IMG/VR virus record: IMGVR_UViG_3300042505_001173
Span: 1 to 64,000 of that record
From: a virus
Length of the DNA stretch: 64,000 bases
Reading direction: 5' to 3' (one strand)
Translations under genes and position numbers: made by a program
Notes under the pieces: generated by a model
The model's database searches: none
Told to the model about the DNA's origin: nothing
The model's input: the letters and a program-made list of their open reading frames with translations, nothing else
Shown here: piece by piece, positions 53,601 through 62,675 of the stretch
Layout of the letters: each line of letters begins with the position of its first letter
How positions within the stretch are numbered: the first letter of the stretch is position 1

Positions 53601-55354
53601 TTATCAAAAATATCTATAGGTTTCACTACATCATCGATAAATGCTTCGACATCCGTGACATTAGCGGTAGATGTAAAATGATCTACGATTTTTAATGTAA
53701 TAGTTTCTGTAACTTTTGCAGATGTACCAGTACTATCTTTTACTGAAAACACATACGGTTTATCAGTAGCAGCAGTAGCTGTACCAATTAAGGAGCATTT
53801 GGTAGCTGTAGTTGCTAATGATAACCCCGGTGGTAATAACGGATCAACAAAAAATGTATATGGTGGAATTCCTAATTCAGCACTTAAAATTTCTACACCA
53901 GTTGTAAGCGCTGAAGTATCACCTACATACATTTCATATGATTTAAGTGTAGCGAGAGATGTAGCTGCTACTGCATCTGATACATTAAATGTAATTGGAA
54001 CGAAACCGTTCGCAACCGTATTTGTTGTATCAATTGCATCAAGTGTAAATTCATGAGCACCAATTGGTAAACCGGTAGTGGTACCTATCTGACCTGTTGC
54101 AGCTGTTAATGTTACACCAGTAGGTAAAGATGTGCTAGTTGTTATTACTCCTGCACCGTTTGTGTATTGATATTGTACCAATCTAAATGTATATGGTGGT
54201 ACACCGTACACACCTTTAAACGGTGTGCGTGAAATCGGTTTAAGTTGAACCGCATCGTACGAGGTTTGAGGTAACCCAGTTGATAGCGTATCTAGTGGTT
54301 CTACAGCAAAATGTAAATATGCATTTATCTTAACATTAGCTATTTTAGATGCAATCGCATCAGTTGAATCTTTAACTGAAACTTTAAGTGTACCAGAATA
54401 TTCTTTTAAATCGGGTACCGGTACCCCACCCACCAATTTTGTTGCAGTACCACCCACGTATGTACCGGATATGCTACCTGTCGTAGCGTTTAGTGCAAGT
54501 CCTTCTGGTGTTGTATCTTTTTGCGCTTCCGGAGTGAAAAAAGTGTAAGGTGGTGTACCTGCGACCACACTTGAAAAGGACTGAAAGTTTACAGATAGCG
54601 GTATCACACCTGTAATAGTATAATCAGCTGATTCAGACGGCACTGCAATGATTAAATCAATGATATCAAAATTAACGATAGTATGGTTAGCTACTTTAGT
54701 ACCATAAAAATCTTCAACTGCTATTTCAACTGGTGATGTAATCGGTAAAACTTCTGTCTGTGAAGCATCAGTAAATGTTCTTTTTGTATCTGTAGCGATC
54801 CCTGTTAGTGTTCCAGTCGTTTGGTCAAGAATAACACCAGGGGGTAAAGTTCCAGCAGCTACCGAATATACATACGGTGGTCTACCACCGGTTATACTCG
54901 TAAATAAAGAAACATTAGCTGAAACACTATTTACAACACCTACAACTTTATTATTTGCAGTGTTCACAGCAACTAAATCATTAAGAACAATAAAAGTTAA
55001 AGTACTTTTTTTATAAGCTTTTCTATTTCTTGAATCACGTACAGCGATTCTACATACAACACTAAAAATTAATGCACTTACAACAGTTGTAGCTGTAGGT
55101 GTCCCTGTAATTTGACCTGTTGTTTGGTTAAGTGATAACCCAGCTGGTAATGGCGCGCCAGTAGGGTCAACAAAATACTCATAATATGTAGCTCCTGTTT
55201 CAGAATCTCTAAATGGTATACCGTTAAGACCTGTAACAGGTGTAAACGGTGTAATAGGAGTATTTGTTTTACATGTTACTGTATTGTCTGTTATTATGGC
55301 ATATGTTGCCTTAATATTTTTATTTCGAAACTTTAATGCGGATGGTAGTGGCAT
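50621..55354 (-). CDS. Ig-like (He_PIG) repeat protein with Gly-rich adhesin-like tip, copy A
   Basis: Collinear paralog of 41520 (YYEYFV, AYKKS, GSGRY.Y, VYGD.. end). Confidence 0.8.
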   Translation of the reverse strand: MPLPSALKFRNKNIKATYAIITDNTVTCKTNTPITPFTPVTGLNGIPFRDSETGATYYEYFVDPTGAPLPAGLSLNQTTGQITGTPTATTVVSALIFSVVCRIAVRDSRNRKAYKKSTLTFIVLNDLVAVNTANNKVVGVVNSVSANVSLFTSITGGRPPYVYSVAAGTLPPGVILDQTTGTLTGIATDTKRTFTDASQTEVLPITSPVEIAVEDFYGTKVANHTIVNFDIIDLIIAVPSESADYTITGVIPLSVNFQSFSSVVAGTPPYTFFTPEAQKDTTPEGLALNATTGSISGTYVGGTATKLVGGVPVPDLKEYSGTLKVSVKDSTDAIASKIANVKINAYLHFAVEPLDTLSTGLPQTSYDAVQLKPISRTPFKGVYGVPPYTFRLVQYQYTNGAGVITTSTSLPTGVTLTAATGQIGTTTGLPIGAHEFTLDAIDTTNTVANGFVPITFNVSDAVAATSLATLKSYEMYVGDTSALTTGVEILSAELGIPPYTFFVDPLLPPGLSLATTATKCSLIGTATAATDKPYVFSVKDSTGTSAKVTETITLKIVDHFTSTANVTDVEAFIDDVVKPIDIFDNITGGYPPYTATLLSGTLRPELTIVPMGYQYYDTAQSKNITTTVPQIWGNIMVTGAGTAIPILGSFHKYGYASTDTYTFKITDSRGNESPNIVTINYKIYKKLRGTATRIPPIVTGIAQFTNVSFNPVVPVGGIPPYTINFTPSITDFTKKPPIKTTLPKLGLKTIQPGTIAGVPSAGYKGTLYYYMSDSVGSRTDNIPVKFNITPKISAVAYSAPLEVLYVRGFDKFEITDKTGASPVVTTDTVLKIPFFKSVTGGAVPYVYFESNSTGVAAPTSSLPTGLFIDTFGNLNGDSSSRPAVYATNTVYCSVADNNLVSGGEASAIKLTICDEFSTTLVDNLSENAAAVTSFNLNKSNSSVVFLTGGVFNRFSLVRGKNGSGRYSYMFDLTTPSVDNVLDYFQINGSTGAINLKPSAGGSSFANTLDVTMGIKVTDTFTEIVKVVSNVLRLKVINPMTMSVISTTVSYEKDSIHTNDPVFALSGGSGEYDFVSIKGPANETVLPGSLTFTNTSATTPAGCLTGSADAIAEAKDYVVKYKDRVYNTIMSATVRFSITSDYVIIPVARSVSTSGKTITLANIQIASALSYAQLLSTPIKIRIDIEGEVRSTSVNAPALTINLASGLNSATTIKVFTKSGNIIGCGGKGGIRSSTNSALLNGEGGGVALKLNTGDLVVEVESLPGTFISGGGGGGGAGGDGWTLVEGQTMSVYQLESGVAQIQKLIASGSTQIWSPQGWANDQNRISQYIDVQYERRVNQNSLAYLGQFGKESYILPDPNRPTDPNYRLYYDMYAYPAKTWDFEGGTGFTPQTRKTKLVIWQGSAGGNGFGHPTANSNNGAPGTVSTASAAPIVESLPTNNLTRMLASEWSALISQSPAIVGDGVLIMDAVSYHEITPATPGSEATPGNPGTSPDVTTLTKPYRYAAGLGGGGGGGMGGTGGNGGSASSLPEGVVVPGGVTYLGNGGLGGVSGPAILTTAATDIPTLVTPSLVYGDVY

Positions 55355-55409
55355 ATATTAACACCTAGGCAAAATAAATCATAAATTCAATCACTATATT
55401 TAATTATGT

Positions 55410-55435
55410 AGGGTACAGGTTTAAACCTGTACCCT
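55410..55435. terminator. Perfect 26-bp palindrome
   Basis: agggtacaggtttaaacctgtaccct, just after the 55444 stop. Confidence 0.65.
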
Positions 55436-55443
55436 CATTAACC

Positions 55444-58400
55444 TTAAGGGAATGCTTGACCGCTACATACACCATAAATTTTTGTACCATCTCCAAAAAA
55501 TGAGAAGATGTCAGTTGTACCAGCAAGTGATGTCGGTACAGGAACAATATTACTTTCCCAACTAATAGTACCACTCCAAGTAATCGTATGTGCACCTGAA
55601 TATTTCACAACAACTGATACACTTTTACCGGTAAATGCGCTAGCAGCAGGTAATGTGATAGTAACATTAGCCGTAGTTGATAATATTTGCATAGATCCTT
55701 GAGTTGGATCTAACGCCCATGTAGTTGAATTGGTATTGTATATATTTTCAACAATTCCACCTGGTATTACAACAGAATTATCACTCTGTACAATTAAAGC
55801 TGGTATAGGATCTTTAGCTCCATTTTTTGTAGAACTAATTACCAATCTACTACCGTGCGCTGTTACAGACCAATCTTCAGTACTGTAAGCTTCAATTAAT
55901 GTACTTACATATTCAGTAGCTCCATCCCACCCACCTAATTTAACAGATCCTAATAATGTACCAGTTGGGTTGGTTGGTTTAGTAGCTGCTGGAGTGACAG
56001 GCGAAGGACTTGAAAATAATTGAACACTTGCACCTGATGTCGCTGACGCTGTTGGGTTATACACTGTTAACGCAGCTGTAGTATTTGTTGTTACCGCTTC
56101 CAATACAACTTTTTCAGTTTTTAATGTGGAACTAGTTTTATCATATGTAAATTTAGTATCTTCAGATAATGTTCCACCTGATGAAATAATAACTGATTTA
56201 TCCGCAAATGTTGAAACCGTTGTAGGACCAACAGCTTTATCATCTACATATTTTTTTGTTACTAACGCTGCATCTTTTCCATTTAAATCTGTTAATGTGA
56301 AACCGGTAGCATACTCTAAAACTTGTTTAGGTTTAGATGTTGATGTATTATCAAATACAGTTCCTAATTGTAAGTAATTAGAATCAGCGTATTTTTTAGT
56401 AGTGTAATAATAATCAAAATCAGCAGCTGGTACACCTACTGCGCCAATATTATTGTTCAAGTCTGAACTATACGCACTACCTAATGTTTTTAAATTAGCT
56501 GAAATACGATATTCATTATGTGGAGTATCATATGTTACATTTCGTAACGATACAGCTGTACCAGTTAATAACAAAGGTTCAACAACTGTAAATCCAACAG
56601 GGGTACCACCCGTTGATCCAATTGAAGCGTAGTGCGTATCAGCAAAATGTTTAGTTACGAAATAATTATCGTAATCAGCTGGAACTTTACCAACCTCTTT
56701 ATTGATATTATTATCATTATCGGAACTTAAAATATGTTTTTTAGTTTGAATGTTTACATCAAAATCATATCTATCATTAGCGTTATCTAATGTAATGTGA
56801 GGTAACGTTAACACACCACTTGAATCTACATTGAAAGGTGCACTAACTTTAACACCTCCTAATACAGTAGGTGACGATACAGGTAACGTGTACGAACTAG
56901 AAGATTTGACATAATTAGCATCAGCGAAATGTTTAGTTATGAAATATTTGTCATAATCAGTTACAGCTTTTAATGGATCGCTAAAGATTTTATTATCAAT
57001 ATGATCACTGTACGAAAACTCACCAGATTTGATAGCTGCAGCAAATACATATTCAGCTGGGGCTGCTAATACAGGAGGTGTGGCCGTCGGGTTAGCAGTG
57101 ACAGGTGCAGTATATGTAATTTGAGGTAACGATAACACGCCTGTGTTACTCATATCAAATGGCGTACCCACTTTAATGCCACCTAACGTGGTATTGTTAG
57201 CTGCTAGTAATGCGTATGGGTTAGTACCACCTGCACCTCCCCCACCTATAGCTGCATAATGAGTGTCTGCAAATTTCTTGGTTATAAAATACTTGTCGTA
57301 ATTTTTAGATACGTCTAAACCGATAGTGTTGTTATCGTCGTCACTGTAAATCCACTTCAGTGATTTAATAGCTGCATCGACTGTATATTCAGCTGGAGCT
57401 GCTAATACAGGAGGTGTGGCCGTCGGGTTAGCAGTTACCTCACTAGTGAATGCAAATTTTTGCAATTGCAATACACCTGTAGCATCAACAGCAAACGGTT
57501 TCGCAATCATTATTCCACCGACAACCGTAGCGGTAGCTATTGAAGTAGATGAACCACCAGGTACACCTGGTGTACCAATTGCCGAGTAACGCGCATCTGC
57601 GTAATTTTTAGTGATGAAATAACCATCGTAAAAATTTGCTGGTTTAGTTGTATCAGCATCGACAGTATTGTGTACATCGGTACTATATAAAGCGTTACCT
57701 GATTTAATAGCAGCTGTAAAATTATATTCTGATTTAGCTGAATCGTAAGCAACCTTAGCTAAAGATAAAACACCTGTCGCTGAAATTGTTAATGGGTCAC
57801 CAACTTTAACACCGCCCATGGTACCAACTGAAGCTGTAGGTAAAACGTATGTACCTCCCCCACCGGAGCCCCCACTTAATTTCACGAATTTACTTTCTGC
57901 GTAATGTTTCGTAATATAATATGAATCGTAATATGTAGATGGTTTTGAGTTATCTGCATCCACCAAACCGTCTTGTTCAGAACTATACAATGATTTCTGG
58001 GTCAATAAGTTCGCATTTATTGTATATTCAACTTTAGATGAGTTGTATGTTTGCCCAGCTAATGATAATTCACCGGTTGTAGCATTTGTTGTAAACGGAG
58101 CACCAACTTTAATACCACCTAATACAGTACTTGTTGCGATAGCTAATGGTCCACTACTACCACCCGCACCTAACGACGCGTAATGATCATCTGCATATTT
58201 TTTTGTAACGAAATAGTTATCGTAATCAGTGATTGGTCTTGTGATATCTACACCAATATTATTATCAACAGTAGAGCTATATGCTTCACCGGTAACTTTT
58301 AGGTTTGTAGAAAAATCATATTGGGCAGGAATTGATGGATCCGTAGCAGTAGCAGGTACAAAAATTCTATACTCTACATCTTCCAATGATATATCACCTA

Positions 58401-59430
58401 ACCCGTTTACAATGAATGGACGTTGTGGTCTAAAGCCGCCTAATACTAAACTTGTTGCAACAGGTAATGGACCTCCACTACCGGTTATCGTCGACCATCC
58501 AATAGTACCATTACCATCAGTGCAGGTTAACACTTGGTTGATAGCACCTTTGCTCCAACTTGCAGAGGTTCCATCGTATGCCAATATACCTTTAGTAGGT
58601 GTTGCTGTTGGTACCCAGCTAGGTGAAGATCTATTGGTTTCCCAACTCAACGAACCAGCTGAATCAGTACAGGTTAATACTTGGTTAGCAGAACTGCTTT
58701 TACTCCATACGGTATTGGTTCCATCATATGCAAATACACCTTTAGTTGGTGAACTTGTTGGGAACCATACCGGTAGTGAACTACCACCGCTACCTCCGCT
58801 ACCTAACCCAGCATAATGTTCATCGGCGTATTTTTTAGTAATGAAATATTTGTTAAATGTAGTTGCTGGAACACTAGGTGTTGGAGCAATATAGTTATAA
58901 TCATCGTAGCTATAGATATCGCCAGACATCATTAAATTGGCATCAATGGTGTACCTTGCTGATGACGGTGGTGTCACAGCTGCAGGCGCATAAGTGACAC
59001 CCTTCATGGTTAATGCACCTGATGATGGAACCATAAATGCGCCACCGGTTTTAATGACGCCAGCGGTTGAATCAGTTGCTAACGAAAGTGTAGGTGTGCT
59101 TCCACTACCGCCTGAACCTACCGCTGTCCAAACGTTACCGGTTGATGAAGGTGTAAAAACTTTTAATAATCTGGTGCCTGTATCAAACCACAATTGACCT
59201 ACTGTTGGGTTAGTAGGTGGTACGTTTCTACTGAAATTTTCTAACAGTCTTACTAAATTTGTTTGAAGGTCCTCACCGTACGTTATACTATATTTGCCGA
59301 ATAGAGATAAAGAAGTGGAGGTTTTATTTGTGGATCTTTCACTAATTGCGAAAGGAGGCTTATAAAAATACCCTGCAGTGGTAGAGTCATCACTCGAACT
59401 AAATTTTATAATATAATCGTTTATTGCCAT
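55444..59430 (-). CDS. Long repeat fibre protein, copy A
   Basis: Start MAINDYIIKFSS (59430) matches paralog MALTDYTIKFSS; eight ~100-aa units; same C-domain as 47218; ATAAATA at 59463-59469. Confidence 0.8.
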   Translation of the reverse strand: MAINDYIIKFSSSDDSTTAGYFYKPPFAISERSTNKTSTSLSLFGKYSITYGEDLQTNLVRLLENFSRNVPPTNPTVGQLWFDTGTRLLKVFTPSSTGNVWTAVGSGGSGSTPTLSLATDSTAGVIKTGGAFMVPSSGALTMKGVTYAPAAVTPPSSARYTIDANLMMSGDIYSYDDYNYIAPTPSVPATTFNKYFITKKYADEHYAGLGSGGSGGSSLPVWFPTSSPTKGVFAYDGTNTVWSKSSSANQVLTCTDSAGSLSWETNRSSPSWVPTATPTKGILAYDGTSASWSKGAINQVLTCTDGNGTIGWSTITGSGGPLPVATSLVLGGFRPQRPFIVNGLGDISLEDVEYRIFVPATATDPSIPAQYDFSTNLKVTGEAYSSTVDNNIGVDITRPITDYDNYFVTKKYADDHYASLGAGGSSGPLAIATSTVLGGIKVGAPFTTNATTGELSLAGQTYNSSKVEYTINANLLTQKSLYSSEQDGLVDADNSKPSTYYDSYYITKHYAESKFVKLSGGSGGGGTYVLPTASVGTMGGVKVGDPLTISATGVLSLAKVAYDSAKSEYNFTAAIKSGNALYSTDVHNTVDADTTKPANFYDGYFITKNYADARYSAIGTPGVPGGSSTSIATATVVGGIMIAKPFAVDATGVLQLQKFAFTSEVTANPTATPPVLAAPAEYTVDAAIKSLKWIYSDDDNNTIGLDVSKNYDKYFITKKFADTHYAAIGGGGAGGTNPYALLAANNTTLGGIKVGTPFDMSNTGVLSLPQITYTAPVTANPTATPPVLAAPAEYVFAAAIKSGEFSYSDHIDNKIFSDPLKAVTDYDKYFITKHFADANYVKSSSSYTLPVSSPTVLGGVKVSAPFNVDSSGVLTLPHITLDNANDRYDFDVNIQTKKHILSSDNDNNINKEVGKVPADYDNYFVTKHFADTHYASIGSTGGTPVGFTVVEPLLLTGTAVSLRNVTYDTPHNEYRISANLKTLGSAYSSDLNNNIGAVGVPAADFDYYYTTKKYADSNYLQLGTVFDNTSTSKPKQVLEYATGFTLTDLNGKDAALVTKKYVDDKAVGPTTVSTFADKSVIISSGGTLSEDTKFTYDKTSSTLKTEKVVLEAVTTNTTAALTVYNPTASATSGASVQLFSSPSPVTPAATKPTNPTGTLLGSVKLGGWDGATEYVSTLIEAYSTEDWSVTAHGSRLVISSTKNGAKDPIPALIVQSDNSVVIPGGIVENIYNTNSTTWALDPTQGSMQILSTTANVTITLPAASAFTGKSVSVVVKYSGAHTITWSGTISWESNIVPVPTSLAGTTDIFSFFGDGTKIYGVCSGQAFP

Positions 59431-59503
59431 AGTATTGTTCGTATATGAGGTGAATAATACAGTATTTATGATGAGATATATTATATAACAATAGCACAAA
59501 GGT

Positions 59504-59531
59504 ATACCCAAGGTGTTGATTCCTTGGGTAT
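59504..59531 (-). terminator. Intergenic hairpin
   Basis: atacccaagg / ccttgggtat. Confidence 0.7.
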
Positions 59532-59536
59532 TTTAT

Positions 59537-59680
59537 TTACTTGTAAATAATTCGATAGTTAGATACTATCAATTTATAAGGTGCTGAAATTCCAATATTT
59601 GAACTGTTTAGCATCTTCCAATTATCGTATTTACCTTGTATCTTTGATTTATATTTTGGTAACCACGTAACTGAATACAT
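59537..59680 (-). CDS. 47-aa basic hypothetical peptide
   Basis: MYSVTWLPKYKSK...; ATG overlaps the GroES stop and the ORF ends just before the hairpin. Confidence 0.45.
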   Translation of the reverse strand: MYSVTWLPKYKSKIQGKYDNWKMLNSSNIGISAPYKLIVSNYRIIYK

Positions 59681-59973
59681 CATTCTGGCTTTTCCACGAG
59701 CATTACTTGATCTTCAGTAGTCATCCAGAACTCTACACCTTCGTGTTTATGACCTTCAGTCCATCGTAACGCTTCAATCAAGATTCTATCACCTACCTCA
59801 ATGTATTTTACTCCATCGCCAATGGACATCACTTTGCCCCATCTAGGAGACTCTAAATCATGGTGTAGACTAGTAAAAACAATACCACCTGCTGATACGT
59901 TGTTAAAACCTACTTTACCGTGGTCATCATCAAATGCAAATAATATTTTATCGTGAATAGTTCTAACCTTCAT
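59680..59973 (-). CDS. groES: GroES-like co-chaperonin
   Basis: MKVRTIHDKIL...SAGGIV...PRWGKVMSIGDGV..IEVGDRIL; start at 59973. Confidence 0.8.
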   Translation of the reverse strand: MKVRTIHDKILFAFDDDHGKVGFNNVSAGGIVFTSLHHDLESPRWGKVMSIGDGVKYIEVGDRILIEALRWTEGHKHEGVEFWMTTEDQVMLVEKPE

Positions 59974-60286
59974 TTTTAGCTCCTTTTTTAGCAGGTTTAG
60001 TTGTTTCTTCAACTGTTTCAGGTGTCGCAATCGTAATTTTGGGTGCTGTAGCAACTTTTGTATCTAATGATGTAGGTATTGTAACCGTAGTATTTGTATA
60101 TTCAGGTGTCCGCATAATACTCACATGAGATGGTATAGGGTCTCTAACTAGTATATTTGGATTGACAACTGTATTAGCGCTATCATTTGTCGTTACAGCT
60201 GCGGGCTGAACAGTTCCATAATCAGCCATAATTTTCATCATTTCAAAATCTACAAACTCACCTAATGCTGATTTTACCTTTGACAT
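59963..60286 (-). CDS. Hypothetical protein
   Basis: 107 aa, KSALGEFVDF start, low-complexity tail. Confidence 0.65.
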   Translation of the reverse strand: MSKVKSALGEFVDFEMMKIMADYGTVQPAAVTTNDSANTVVNPNILVRDPIPSHVSIMRTPEYTNTTVTIPTSLDTKVATAPKITIATPETVEETTKPAKKGAKNEG

Positions 60287-60288
60287 AT

Positions 60289-60819
60289 CTAATTCCTTAA
60301 AAACTCATTAAAATCTAATTCGTACGTAACACTATCGATATCGTGAACACCGAGCAAATATAATATATAACTCGATACAGAACTACCTCGTCCAACTCCC
60401 CACACCACTTGTTTTTCTATAAAGTTATCAATGATATATACTAAGGTCTTCAATAGTGGTACTAACTCTAATTGGCTAAAAACTTTAAATTCAAATTGTA
60501 CACGTCTATGTCGTTCAACAAATTCAACTTCTGTTAAACTATCATCGACACCTGCTTGAACAAGTTTATCTGTTATATATTGTTTAATATCCATCGTATG
60601 ATACTTTGGTGGTATGTTCCACTCTAAATCAAAAACATCTAACTCGCGTTTAAGTTTAATTTTTTGATCAGCTAACACATTCTTATTAAATTTAACGATA
60701 TCATCAGTCATCTCAGTGACTGATAGTTTCGAATATTTAACCCACTTTAACACATCCTTTGGATGTATTTCAATAGTCCCATCATACCAAAGATCCCGGC
60801 TATTTAACACTGATTTCAT
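60289..60819 (-). CDS. DNA polymerase III alpha (DnaE)-like fragment
   Basis: WGVGRGSSVSSYILYLLGVHDIDSVTYELDFNEFL matches the DnaE GRGS...F.RF region; only 176 aa. Confidence 0.85.
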   Translation of the reverse strand: MKSVLNSRDLWYDGTIEIHPKDVLKWVKYSKLSVTEMTDDIVKFNKNVLADQKIKLKRELDVFDLEWNIPPKYHTMDIKQYITDKLVQAGVDDSLTEVEFVERHRRVQFEFKVFSQLELVPLLKTLVYIIDNFIEKQVVWGVGRGSSVSSYILYLLGVHDIDSVTYELDFNEFLRN

Positions 60820-61181
60820 ATGAATTCTGCTGCTTCGCCTGATGAGTACGCAATGACATCATTTGTACTAAATTGAGGTGCTTCAAACTGCTGAGGTTCA
60901 TAATATGTAGGTTGTTGAGCTTGTTCTTGGTACGTGACTGGTGGTACTGGATACGGTAGCTGATGGTTTGGATAAATCTGTGGCTGTTGTAACACTTCAT
61001 GAGTACTATCAGATCTATCATTAGCTTCATCTGATAGTAGTGCAATTTTAGATCTAATTCGTTCCCACTGGGTTTTATTTGGTACCCAACCAGACTCTTG
61101 CATATCTTCTACACCTGACATCCAACTTTTAAATTCATTAACGCTAAGTTGTAGGTTATTTTTTTTAGTAGGTTTTTTCAT
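60816..61181 (-). CDS. Hypothetical protein
   Basis: EFKSWMSGVEDM...WVP..QW.RI; GAGG RBS. Confidence 0.7.
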   Translation of the reverse strand: MKKPTKKNNLQLSVNEFKSWMSGVEDMQESGWVPNKTQWERIRSKIALLSDEANDRSDSTHEVLQQPQIYPNHQLPYPVPPVTYQEQAQQPTYYEPQQFEAPQFSTNDVIAYSSGEAAEFI

Positions 61182-61209
61182 TTAACATCCTCAGTTAAAA
61201 ATATATGAT

Positions 61210-61238
61210 ATTATAATATTTAAATCATTATTTTTCAA
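61210..61238 (-). promoter_or_regulatory. Sigma70-type promoter
   Basis: TTGAAA-N17-TATAAT on the minus strand. Confidence 0.7.
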
Positions 61239-61245
61239 GGTATTT

Positions 61246-61737
61246 TTAATATCCTATTAAATCGCCTACGTTTTTATGCTTTAAGAATCTAGTATACGTA
61301 TCAGAAAAAGAGCACGATACCCATTTACCGTCACCTATATCAAGACACAACATAACGCCTCGTGAATGCGTTGGATATACATGAGTGCCTTGAGGCTTCC
61401 AATCAATTACATCTATTTTCATATATTCATGAGTACCTGCGCTAGCGCCGTAGCCAAGTGCATAAAAGGTGTTATTTGACAGATGACATACCTGAACCGT
61501 ATCAATTTGGGTTGTTTCGGGGTCACACACGAGTATATACCAATAGCTGGGAAGTTCAATGTACCGATTATTGATTCTAACGGTGAGAGTATTACATTTA
61601 CACTCTTCGACTACTTTAAACATGTTAATAGTAAAATCTTGCGATTTTAAGTCTAAGCACCACAAATAATTCGTATGTACTTTATCGTGTATACTATTGA
61701 TCGCTAATGGGTTACCGTTTTCTTCATGGAATATCAT
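61246..61737 (-). CDS. Hypothetical protein downstream of the helicase
   Basis: 163 aa, AAGGTG RBS. Confidence 0.7.
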   Translation of the reverse strand: MIFHEENGNPLAINSIHDKVHTNYLWCLDLKSQDFTINMFKVVEECKCNTLTVRINNRYIELPSYWYILVCDPETTQIDTVQVCHLSNNTFYALGYGASAGTHEYMKIDVIDWKPQGTHVYPTHSRGVMLCLDIGDGKWVSCSFSDTYTRFLKHKNVGDLIGY

Positions 61738-61769
61738 TTAACACCTTTAAAAACATTATTAGTAAATTT

Positions 61770-62675
61770 TTAACTATCGTCAACTATATCTTTATCATAA
61801 TTAACTTTAATTACTTTGTACGGGTATCGCGCATTTTTATAATGTGTTACACGTTTTTTCATCCTTGCATTTGCTGAATTAAAATTGCTACAAATATCTA
61901 GTACATTAACAGAATCTTTATCTTTGCCCTTTCTTAAACCTCTACCAATAGATTGTATAGTACCTACGAAAGATTTACCACTGTCTATGAAAAATAAAGC
62001 AAAAATTCTATCAATTGATAGACCGACTCCTGCAATTTGTTTAGTACATATAACAATCAAATCATTATTATGTTCAAATAAATCATACACTTCATCACGT
62101 TCCTTAACTTTATCACTACCGTGAAGGAAGTATGAATTAGGTATCAATTTTTGTAGTGTTCTACCGTACTTGATATTATTAACAAGAACTAACGTATTCC
62201 CGTGATGGTGTTTATCTCTATTAGCAACGATAAAATTAGCTATCCAGTTAGTACGAGTTTCATTTGTTTTGCAAAATTCTGTTTCTTCTTCGTACATTAT
62301 CTTATGGACGTCCTCTTCAGGAACACCATGATCGATTAAATAACGTGTATCGTTTAACTGTAAAATGTTAATATTCAGTTGAGCTAACCATCCCTTTTCA
62401 ATCAACTCATACGCAGGGTACTCACATAAAACTTTACCTAATGCGACGTGAACGTTTAACTTATCTGCAGCTGGTTCAGGTAATGTACCTGTTAGTCCGT
62501 ACCGGTGAACGAGATTTTTACCGTGCTCCGTTAACAATTGATATAATTTTGCTGCTTTACTACCATGACAATTACTAACAACTGCGCCATTAGCTACATA
62601 ATTGTGATTTTTTGAGACTTTTAAATTATAGACGATATTTGGTTTTTCAATTTCGGTACGTTTGACTAGTTTCAT
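61770..62675 (-). CDS. uvsW: UvsW-like SF2 helicase, C-terminal half, fused to split-intein IntC
   Basis: 35-aa IntC, then CHG, GLTGT (motif III), GVGLSI (V), QSIGRGLR (VI). Confidence 0.9.
   Translation of the reverse strand: MKLVKRTEIEKPNIVYNLKVSKNHNYVANGAVVSNCHGSKAAKLYQLLTEHGKNLVHRYGLTGTLPEPAADKLNVHVALGKVLCEYPAYELIEKGWLAQLNINILQLNDTRYLIDHGVPEEDVHKIMYEEETEFCKTNETRTNWIANFIVANRDKHHHGNTLVLVNNIKYGRTLQKLIPNSYFLHGSDKVKERDEVYDLFEHNNDLIVICTKQIAGVGLSIDRIFALFFIDSGKSFVGTIQSIGRGLRKGKDKDSVNVLDICSNFNSANARMKKRVTHYKNARYPYKVIKVNYDKDIVDDS
62571..62675 (-). mobile_element. Split intein C-fragment (35 aa)
   Basis: MKLVKRTEIEKPNIVYNLKVSKNHNYVANGAVVSN / C+1: blocks F and G. Confidence 0.92.

Noticed and set aside
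2253-59197. Many 60-270 aa ORFs antisense to structural genes (e.g. 2253, 14243, 42604, 58229)
   Set aside because: Shadow frames caused by Thr/Gly/Ala codon bias; fully overlapped by better-supported genes.
1-59430. Diversity-generating retroelement acting on fibre genes
   Set aside because: No reverse transcriptase and no repeat pair differing only at adenines was seen; a remote DGR cannot be excluded.
59431-59511. N-terminal extension MGIPLCYC... in the ORF track (likewise starts 13050, 18034, 60054, 3479)
   Set aside because: Paralog alignment, RBS position and stop-start overlaps favour the downstream ATGs.
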